Positions 36,365 through 44,239 of a stretch of 64,000 nt of DNA are shown here, one piece after another; position 1 is the first letter of the stretch, and each line of letters starts with the position of its first letter. Source of the stretch: an uncultured candidate division Zixibacteria bacterium (GTDB taxonomy: Bacteria > Zixibacteria > MSB-5A5 > GN15 > FEB-12); assembly GCA_963664195.1 (NCBI GenBank), contig OY760907.1, positions 2,656,001 through 2,720,000 of the forward strand, in the 5' to 3' direction. A model generated the notes under the pieces. The model had not been told where the DNA came from. It was given only the letters and a program-made list of their open reading frames with translations, and searched no databases. Position numbers and translations under genes: made by a program.

Positions 36365-38587
36365 ATGAATACCATGCGTAAAATTCCGATTATTCTGTTA
36401 CTTGGCTCCCTTGCCCTCGGGGCGATCTCTCTTTTTCTTGGCGCTGGATGCACGTCGAAACTCGACGGCACCGAGATCGAAAATCAGCGACCTTTGATCT
36501 GGTTCGTTAACGTTCCCCCCGAAAACAGCCAGTCCTCGGTTAATCCGATTGTGAATTGGGTCGGTCGTGACGTCGACGGTCAGATTGATTTCTACCGCTA
36601 TATGGTCGTCCGCGAGGACCGAATTGCCGCGCAGGTGAGCGGTGTGTATGATCCCGTCACAGGATTGACCGCCAGCCAGATGAGCGAATACTTGAGCGGC
36701 GGTATCCAGAGTGTGCCCGACACAGGTTGGACATATCTTTATGTCGAGCCGGAGGAAGCCGATCCCAAGACCAATGAGGTCGTGCCCATGGAGGCCGAGA
36801 TCAACAATCCGGTACTCCTTCTCGTCCCCCAGTTTGTGTTTATCCAGGCCTTTGACGAGAGGGGACTCGGCTCCGACATTGCATACCGACGTTTCTTCAG
36901 GAACGACAACCCGCCGGAAACGAGTATCGGCGGTTTCAATCTCAACGTTCAGTATATCAATGCACCAGAACCGATGGGTGTGCCTCTGACAGGAGTGAGA
37001 CTTGAATGGTCAGGCTCCGACCGCATTGATCATCCGGCCGAAGCGCCACCGTTTGAATTCGAGTGGAAGTGTTTTGGCCCGTATGACGATGCTACATGGG
37101 AAGCCATCCAGGAAGACTTCATGGCGCCAGTCTTTGTCACCAATGACGCCCAGGTATTCCGTTTTGGTGTGACTGACCCGACATATCCTGACGGCTTTAG
37201 CCGCTATATTGTCTGCGATACAAGTTACGTCAACGGACATGACTCGATCGAGTGTGAAACGCTGATCGTTGACACGCTCACAACGGACAATATCTACGGT
37301 CATCTCGACACGATCTTTGCAGTTCACGACTCGGCGTTCGTCAACAATTCTGATTTCTATCGCGTCGCTGACAGCTCAGACGATGGACTAGGCGGCGTCT
37401 GGGTGACCGATACGAAGGATTCCCTGTGGAACCTGTTCCGCAACGAGCCTTCAGATACGTCGATTGAAATGAACATGGTCTTCTGGGTGCGTGCTCGTGA
37501 TGATGCGCTCGTCCCTGATCTGACTCCGGCATATCGTCCGCTGCGCGTGATCAATCCGCTCCACGAGCGTGATGTTTTTGTGTTGGATATGGCAAAGCCG
37601 TTCGCAGAAAACCGCGGCATTTTGGATACTGCGAAGGCCTACTGGCAGGATGTGATCGCGAAGTGGGGGGCCACGAGACCAGGTGACAATATCCGTTATG
37701 ACTCTGCCGATTTCTTGCAAGAGGGGAAGGTTACGGATACGCTGGCTCTGTTGAGACAGCTTCTCAGCCACAAGATTGCAATCATTATTAGCGATGATGG
37801 CAAGGCAGGCCTCTGGTCAGCGGCGAATCTGGGACAGATTCGCAAGGTTGCGAGTGTATACACGGCGCTTCAGACTGGTGTGAACGTCTGGGTGGCTGCT
37901 CGAAGCCCTTTTACAGGCTCCGAAAACGTTCTGATGCCAACATACACCGATGCCAGCCCACTGTACCAGTACCACTTCGGTGTACAGAGGGTTGCCTACA
38001 CTTCATGGGTAAACCTCAAGCGAAACGGCGATGGTGTCGATCCACGAGTCCATATTGAGGACTTCCAGGGCGGCTTGTCGATGAATACAGCCCTGTGGCC
38101 GGATATCACCATCGACTCTGCTTTGCTCCATCGACGCTACACGTACGCGTATGATGCTCTTCCCGGAGGAACAGTCGAGTGGAGAGAAGACCAGCCGTAT
38201 CTTGGTGAGGTCGACTGGATGGTTAGGAGCACGGACACTGACGTGATGTTTCTGTACAATTCGGCCTACGGTCAGAATCACCCGCGCGGAGATCAGTACT
38301 CGTTCCACGGTCGCCCGGTGGCGGTCCGGTTGAACAGAGGCTTGTTCCGCACGGTGAGTTGGCTGTTTACACCGATGGCCTTTGACACGTTGACAATGCA
38401 ACCGGTGGTCAACGAGGTCCTCGACTGGCTATACGACGGACGTTACATCTTCAACCAGGGCACGGGCAAACTGACCGGCGCTCAGGGTGCTTCGGAGTCG
38501 TACGACAACGAATTTGCTCGTAGATACAGAGAGGCGCATGCTACCGCTCGTACCACCGACGAGTTCTACGAAATGTTGATGGACTAG
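36365..38587 (+). CDS. Large surface lipoprotein (two Fn3-like units plus an alpha/beta C-terminal domain)
   Basis: Lipobox GAGC; repeats NWVGRDVDG...FIQAFDERG and PPETSI...EWSGSD...FWVRARDD...DLTPA. Confidence 0.75.
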   Translation: MNTMRKIPIILLLGSLALGAISLFLGAGCTSKLDGTEIENQRPLIWFVNVPPENSQSSVNPIVNWVGRDVDGQIDFYRYMVVREDRIAAQVSGVYDPVTGLTASQMSEYLSGGIQSVPDTGWTYLYVEPEEADPKTNEVVPMEAEINNPVLLLVPQFVFIQAFDERGLGSDIAYRRFFRNDNPPETSIGGFNLNVQYINAPEPMGVPLTGVRLEWSGSDRIDHPAEAPPFEFEWKCFGPYDDATWEAIQEDFMAPVFVTNDAQVFRFGVTDPTYPDGFSRYIVCDTSYVNGHDSIECETLIVDTLTTDNIYGHLDTIFAVHDSAFVNNSDFYRVADSSDDGLGGVWVTDTKDSLWNLFRNEPSDTSIEMNMVFWVRARDDALVPDLTPAYRPLRVINPLHERDVFVLDMAKPFAENRGILDTAKAYWQDVIAKWGATRPGDNIRYDSADFLQEGKVTDTLALLRQLLSHKIAIIISDDGKAGLWSAANLGQIRKVASVYTALQTGVNVWVAARSPFTGSENVLMPTYTDASPLYQYHFGVQRVAYTSWVNLKRNGDGVDPRVHIEDFQGGLSMNTALWPDITIDSALLHRRYTYAYDALPGGTVEWREDQPYLGEVDWMVRSTDTDVMFLYNSAYGQNHPRGDQYSFHGRPVAVRLNRGLFRTVSWLFTPMAFDTLTMQPVVNEVLDWLYDGRYIFNQGTGKLTGAQGASESYDNEFARRYREAHATARTTDEFYEMLMD

Positions 38588-38651
38588 CAGTCTGCTGACT
38601 GACTGATGTCGAAACTGCAGGAGTTTCGACCTACAATTCTGAGAATAGAAG

Positions 38652-38680
38652 AGGGACCGGATTCTCCGGTCCCTTCTTTT
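38652..38680 (+). terminator. Intrinsic terminator of the TonB receptor operon
   Basis: AGGGACCGGA-TTC-TCCGGTCCCT followed by TCTTTT; a second hairpin lies at 38608-38630. Confidence 0.8.
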
Positions 38681-38784
38681 GTGGGTGAGAATTGACGAAT
38701 CATCTATGTCTCATAGACTTACGTCTTGTCAGGCCAAGCATCGCCATGAATGACTATCTCAAACTCTCCATGCCTGAGAATAGC

Positions 38785-40965
38785 CTACCGTCCCAAGCGC
38801 TCAAGCAGTTTCCTCACTAACGGATGATTCGGGAACCTGCCGGCCGCGAGGTCCATCGTCCGCTCTGCCTCTGCCTGCCGACCGCTCGAAACATACGCCG
38901 CTACGAGATTCACGTAGGCCTCAGCCAGAGACGAATCAGCATCAATTGCCCGACCGCAATAATCGATCGCAAGTTCGAGGTCGCCCCGCACCCCGCTGAG
39001 GAAGCCGAGTTGGTAGTATGTGCGCGCGCGTTCACGTGTCATTGAGCCCCGGTCATGGCGGAAATCCCGGCCGAATGCCTGGTCATCGGTTTCGATAGGC
39101 GGGGGAGAGGCCGACAATCCCTGTAGCAGAAACCCGTGCGCGACAGCGTACAGGCCGCGCCCGGCGCACGCTGTGGCAGCTTCATTGAGAACCTGCAAAT
39201 CGCTCCCTGTCCGAACAACCGCCGCCTCCGCAACAGAGGCCAATTCTTCGTCGGTTGTACCGGTATCTGCAGCGCATGCCCGAAGGAGGGCGAGACTGGA
39301 TGGAACGTCGTAAGGGGACAGCGCGATGGCTTTCCGTATCCACTCCTGCGCCTGTCGATACTCGCCGTTTACCAGTTTCAGCGATGCGAGATTCTGATAC
39401 GCTTTGTGACGCTGAGGATTGTGCGTGATCTCCCGTCGGTAGTACACTTCTGCCGAGTCACCAATCCCCATTCGGAAGAAGCAGGATCCCACATTTAGAT
39501 TGGCCTCGGGCAGTGTGCTGTCAGAACGAAGCACCTCTCTAAACTGCTCGAGGGCCGCTCTGTATTCCTGCTGCCCAAAGAGATGCAGGCCGCGACTCAC
39601 AAGATGATCCGTGCTCACAGCCCGAGGAGGTCTGACCGGGGAGCAAAATGAGAACGCTGCCGCGGTGACTGCAGCGGCCAGACCGATAAGTATCGAACGC
39701 TTTTTCTCTCGTATCCCCCGCAGCAGGCACAACCCACCTCCGGCGGCCGCCACGAGATAAAACGGCATCAGCGGTAACCTGAATCTGCTGTTGTAGAAGA
39801 ACAGCGAGACCGCCGCAATGTACAACAGTATCAAAATCAGCACAAACAGCAGCCCTCTGTTCCGCTTGATGCCAAACACGAAACCCATGACGGCAAAGGG
39901 AAGGATTATCCCGAACGACAGCGGATTATATTTGAGAACCGTAATCCTTTGGAAGAACGGGGTGAGAGACCGATTGTTGGATATTTCGCGATTGTCGAAT
40001 TGGAACAGGGCCTTGGTTGCGTACAATTCAGCGAATCGACCAGGGTCCGACCACACCCAATCAACAGCTTTGCCCCGCCAGTATGTCGACACCTCTCCCG
40101 GTTTCAGTTGGCGAGCAAGATCGTCTTCCGCTACCTTCTCGACCTGCCTGAGCTGCCAATTGCGTCCCATCGGTTCGGGCAGCGCGGCCGTGAAGCCATC
40201 CGCCTCAGCGTTGTTGCCTATGTACAAGTTTACTCCGGCCTGCGACGACACCAGGACCGGATCATGCGCGACGGCCAGATTTCTGGCGAACACCGGTCCC
40301 ACAAACAACGCCAGCCCGATCACAAACGGGATTGCCTGACGCAAGTAGCCATTGCGCCGGCAAGCCCAGATCATCGCGAGCAGCACCACCGGCACCGCCA
40401 CCAGTACGGTCGGTCGCGTAATCGCCGCCAGCGAGCAGGCCAGACCGACATAGAAAATGTCCCGGGGGTCTTCTGATTCCAGCCAGACGAGGAACCGGTA
40501 GACGGTGATCTGAACCAGCAACATGAACAGCGAATCCAGCAGCAATTCCGACTCGAAGTAGATCAGCACGGGGTAGAGGGCGTGCAGTCCGGCAGCGAGG
40601 AGTCCGGCTCGTCGATTGAACAGGAGCTGTCCCAACAAAAAGGTCAGCCAGACCGAAGCCAATCCTGCTACCGTTCCGAACAACCTTGCGGCCAGGAGCG
40701 AATCTCCGAAAACCGCCTTGATAGCTGCCAGACAGAAGACGTAAAACGGTGCCCGGAAGTAAGTTGTATCACCGAGAAGGTTGCCGTCGACTATCGTCTG
40801 TGCCCAGTTCCAGTGATACCAGTTGTCGACTGTCAATTGTATCCAATCGGGCAGAAACCAGTACTCAAAAAGATAGTCTGCCCGTACCGCCGCGGCGATC
40901 AGAATCACAATCAGCAGCGGGTAGCCGGAGGGCTTAATGAGTTTTTGCCGGGAAGTAGACATCAT
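38785..40965 (-). CDS. GT-C-fold (GT39/ArnT/PMT-like) membrane glycosyltransferase with C-terminal TPRs
   Basis: D.WYH.WA, FRAPFY, LHALYP.LIYFESELL, LAAITRP, GVNLYIGNN, SRFRLP; TPRs ANLNVG, AYQNLA, AEAYVNL. Confidence 0.82.
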   Translation of the reverse strand: MMSTSRQKLIKPSGYPLLIVILIAAAVRADYLFEYWFLPDWIQLTVDNWYHWNWAQTIVDGNLLGDTTYFRAPFYVFCLAAIKAVFGDSLLAARLFGTVAGLASVWLTFLLGQLLFNRRAGLLAAGLHALYPVLIYFESELLLDSLFMLLVQITVYRFLVWLESEDPRDIFYVGLACSLAAITRPTVLVAVPVVLLAMIWACRRNGYLRQAIPFVIGLALFVGPVFARNLAVAHDPVLVSSQAGVNLYIGNNAEADGFTAALPEPMGRNWQLRQVEKVAEDDLARQLKPGEVSTYWRGKAVDWVWSDPGRFAELYATKALFQFDNREISNNRSLTPFFQRITVLKYNPLSFGIILPFAVMGFVFGIKRNRGLLFVLILILLYIAAVSLFFYNSRFRLPLMPFYLVAAAGGGLCLLRGIREKKRSILIGLAAAVTAAAFSFCSPVRPPRAVSTDHLVSRGLHLFGQQEYRAALEQFREVLRSDSTLPEANLNVGSCFFRMGIGDSAEVYYRREITHNPQRHKAYQNLASLKLVNGEYRQAQEWIRKAIALSPYDVPSSLALLRACAADTGTTDEELASVAEAAVVRTGSDLQVLNEAATACAGRGLYAVAHGFLLQGLSASPPPIETDDQAFGRDFRHDRGSMTRERARTYYQLGFLSGVRGDLELAIDYCGRAIDADSSLAEAYVNLVAAYVSSGRQAEAERTMDLAAGRFPNHPLVRKLLERLGR

Positions 40966-41047
40966 TGCAATATAATGTTGTCGTTCTGTTTTCTCTTCTA
41001 AAAATTGCAGTCTGCTTCACAATTGCAGGAGTCGTTTTACGCATGTT

Positions 41048-41062
41048 TTGCAGTATATGCAA
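41048..41062. promoter_or_regulatory. Palindrome TTGCA-N5-TGCAA, candidate upstream activator site
   Basis: Perfect inverted repeat about 130-145 bp upstream of the sigma54 -24 element. Confidence 0.35.
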
Positions 41063-41191
41063 TCTTCTGCGCGGGCGGAAATACTTTCCGGGAGTCGGGC
41101 TCACGTCGTAAGTTATTGTTATATCAGTTGTTAATCGGCGTTTGTCTGCTCGTTGCGCATTGTGATGCATGGGTAGTTCTAGAGTCTCTTC

Positions 41192-41207
41192 CGGCATCTC
41201 CTTTGCA
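41192..41207 (+). promoter_or_regulatory. sigma54 (-24/-12) promoter of the protease genes
   Basis: CGGCATCTCCTTTGCA: GGCA...TTGCA with exact GG-N10-GC spacing, about 35 bp upstream of the ATG and just before the AAGGAG RBS. Confidence 0.65.
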
Positions 41208-41241
41208 GTAACCCATCCCGGAACGTACAGAAGGAGATACG

Positions 41242-44154
41242 ATGACTACACGAAATACCACCATCACGGTTTTGCTGATCGCCCTCACGACTCTTATCAG
41301 TTCGACTGCTCTTGCCACTGGCTCCGCCGCCAGAATGAGCGGTTTTGATTTGGTTGACAAAGTCGATGCTTCCGCTAACGATCTGGTGTCAATCGTCGTA
41401 TTCCTCGAAGATGAACAGGTTCAGGAACAGGTCTACCGTGCTGCGGTGATGCCGGATGTCACCCGCGCTGCCCGGATTAAGTCTGTCAGCGAGCGTTTGC
41501 AGTCATTCAAGCCGGCCTGTTACGACCGGATTGCCGCGTATCTCGATAACAACTCCACTGAGCCGATTACCCGCCTCTGGATTGTCCCGGCGATGTCGGC
41601 CACGCTCACTCGCGCCCAGGTCAGCGAACTGGCCGAGATGGACGGCGTGAAGCTGGTCATTCCGGATGTCGAAATCGAAGGTATAGACCCGGTCGAAGAA
41701 CGCAGTATTCCGAGGACTTCCCCTGCCGCCGCCTCGATACCGCTCAACGTGCTCAACGTGCCGCATCTCTGGAATCTCGGTCTTCATGGCGAAGGCCGCG
41801 TCGTCTGTTCTTTCGATACCGGTGTTGAAGAATCTCATCCGGCTCTCACCGGCAACTGGAGAGGCAACAACGCCTCCCTGCGTTCCTCCTGGATGTCAAC
41901 CGTGGCTCCCGACAGCCTTCCTTATGATAAGAAGGGTCACGGCTCCCATACGATGGGCTGCATGGTTGGTGTCGACGGTGCTGACACCATCGGAGTTGCT
42001 CCGGGTGCCGAGTGGATCACCGCCGCTGTGGTTGATCAGGGCAAGACGCTCTCCGCCACCATTACCGATATCCTCCTCGCCTTCCAGTGGGCGATGAATC
42101 CCGACGGCAACTCCAACACTGCCGTCGATGTCCCGGATGTTATTCTCAATAGCTGGGGTGTCCCGGCGACCCTGTTCGATGCCTGCGACGACACGTTCTG
42201 GCGGGCGATTGACAACGTTGAAGCAGCCGGTATCGTGACGATATTCGCCGCCGGCAACGAAGGTCCGAACCCTGAGACGATCCGCAATCCGGCCAACCGC
42301 GCCACTACCGCCATCAACTCGTTTGCCGTCGGCGCCGTAAATAATGACAAGGTTGTGGCTGACTTCTCCTCCCGCGGCCCGGCGATTTGCAGCGAAGCCG
42401 CTATCAAGCCGGAAGTTGTCGCCCCCGGTGTCTCTATCCGCTCGGTTGACAGTAACGGCGGTTACAAGTTTATGAGCGGCACCTCAATGGCTGCTCCGTA
42501 CGTGGCCGGTCTCGTCGCCCTCTGCCGCCAGTACAATCCGGATTGCACGGTTGAAGATATCAAGTGGGCGCTGATTCGTTCCGCTGAAGATCTCGGCCCG
42601 GTCGGCGAAGACAACGCCTACGGCAACGGTCTCGTCGATGCCTCCAGGATTCTCCAGTACCTCCCGAGCGGCCAGCAGCCGGACTTCTCGATTGCCAGCG
42701 TGTCTGTTGTCGATGAAAACGGTGCCGCCCCGGACGAAACGTTCGACCTCCGTGTCATGCTGAACAACAGCAACGGCAATGTGCAGCAGGTCACCGGCCA
42801 CCTGTCGACCTCGACCGCTTCCGGCGTTACGATCCTGGACGAAACCTCGACCTTTTTCTTCGGTGAAGGCGGCACAACCGCACTCAATACCAGTGCCTTC
42901 AGCGTGCACTTCGACAATACTATTTACAACGGCCAGGGAGTTGATTTCACTCTGACCCTTGAGGGCAGCGACGGCTACGATTTCGGCAGCCTTGACATCG
43001 CGCTCACCTGCGGATTTGCCCCGGCTGGCGAAGTTGTCTTGCACAATGACGGCCTGATAGATTTCTCCGTGACCGACTTCGGTCAGTACGGTCTTGCCCA
43101 GGGTTCGATCTACCCGGCCAACGGCGCCGGCTTCCGGTACAACGGCTCTGACAATCTTCTGTACGAAGCGGGTATTATCGTCGGTCGCAGCGCTCTCCAG
43201 CTCTCCAGTGCCGTCCGCGGCGCCGAGAGCAAGTATCAGCCGTCCGACTTCGCTCCCGTGAGATCGATCAGCCAGGCTCTGACAGGAAGCGACCAGGGCA
43301 CCCACAGATTGGCCCGCATTGCCGATAGTGATTCCGATATTCCGCTTCCGATCACCATCTCTCAGGAGACTGTCGACTACAGTACGTTTGTCGATGACGG
43401 CGTAATCATGGTAAGATATCAGATCGTCAATAACTCGCTCGAGCCGCTGACCGGCATGCACTTCGGTTTTCTGGCCGACTTTGACCTCTCCGACGGTCTC
43501 GATGCCGCCTACTTCGACGATTCCCTCGGACTCGTCTACCAGCAGGCTGCCAGCGGCCCGATGGTCGGTCTCAAGACTCTCGCCGGTGTAGCATCGGTCT
43601 CGATTCTCGACAACGGCGACACCAAACTTGGCTTGACTCGCCAGGATCAGTTCAACCTGATCTCCGGCGGTTCGCACCTCGCCGAGGGCGTCACCAGCGA
43701 CGTCATGTTCATGGTGAGTACCGCTGCGCTGACCATTCAGCCGGGCGACTCCTCCGAGGTTGCTTTTGCTCTCGTGGCCGGAGACAGTTTTGACGAGCTG
43801 ACCGCTCGTGCCGTACGCGCAAACGAGTTGTTTGCCGTTCCGACCAGCGTCGATGACACTCAGGCCGCCCTCCCGGTAGACTTTGAATTGGCCCAGAACT
43901 ACCCGAATCCGTTCAATCCGACCACCAATATCTCCTTCACCCTCCCCAGCGCCGGCGACGTTACACTCACCGTGTACAACGCCCTCGGCCAGACGGTGAG
44001 TCAGCTTGCTGCGGGCACCCTGCCTGCCGGTACTCATACCGTTGAGTGGGATGCGACCAACGACTCCGGCGATTCTGTCGCCAGCGGCGTATACTTCTAC
44101 AGACTGCAGAGCGGCGATTTTAGCGACAGCCGCAAAATGGTACTTTTGCGATAG
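41242..44154 (+). CDS. Secreted S8 subtilase (bacillopeptidase F-like) with a FlgD/T9SS-type-A-like C-terminal domain
   Basis: Signal peptide, I9-like prodomain, catalytic FDTG / HGSHTMG / GTSMAAP, oxyanion AAGNEG; LAQNYPNPFNPTT...SGVYFYRL...KMVLLR. Confidence 0.92.
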   Translation: MTTRNTTITVLLIALTTLISSTALATGSAARMSGFDLVDKVDASANDLVSIVVFLEDEQVQEQVYRAAVMPDVTRAARIKSVSERLQSFKPACYDRIAAYLDNNSTEPITRLWIVPAMSATLTRAQVSELAEMDGVKLVIPDVEIEGIDPVEERSIPRTSPAAASIPLNVLNVPHLWNLGLHGEGRVVCSFDTGVEESHPALTGNWRGNNASLRSSWMSTVAPDSLPYDKKGHGSHTMGCMVGVDGADTIGVAPGAEWITAAVVDQGKTLSATITDILLAFQWAMNPDGNSNTAVDVPDVILNSWGVPATLFDACDDTFWRAIDNVEAAGIVTIFAAGNEGPNPETIRNPANRATTAINSFAVGAVNNDKVVADFSSRGPAICSEAAIKPEVVAPGVSIRSVDSNGGYKFMSGTSMAAPYVAGLVALCRQYNPDCTVEDIKWALIRSAEDLGPVGEDNAYGNGLVDASRILQYLPSGQQPDFSIASVSVVDENGAAPDETFDLRVMLNNSNGNVQQVTGHLSTSTASGVTILDETSTFFFGEGGTTALNTSAFSVHFDNTIYNGQGVDFTLTLEGSDGYDFGSLDIALTCGFAPAGEVVLHNDGLIDFSVTDFGQYGLAQGSIYPANGAGFRYNGSDNLLYEAGIIVGRSALQLSSAVRGAESKYQPSDFAPVRSISQALTGSDQGTHRLARIADSDSDIPLPITISQETVDYSTFVDDGVIMVRYQIVNNSLEPLTGMHFGFLADFDLSDGLDAAYFDDSLGLVYQQAASGPMVGLKTLAGVASVSILDNGDTKLGLTRQDQFNLISGGSHLAEGVTSDVMFMVSTAALTIQPGDSSEVAFALVAGDSFDELTARAVRANELFAVPTSVDDTQAALPVDFELAQNYPNPFNPTTNISFTLPSAGDVTLTVYNALGQTVSQLAAGTLPAGTHTVEWDATNDSGDSVASGVYFYRLQSGDFSDSRKMVLLR

Positions 44155-44239
44155 CGCCCAACAGGTTATATTGCAGTGACAATGTTGTGTGACAGGATCG
44201 TTGCATGACGAACCACCCTGCAAAAGGATAGAAGTTGTT

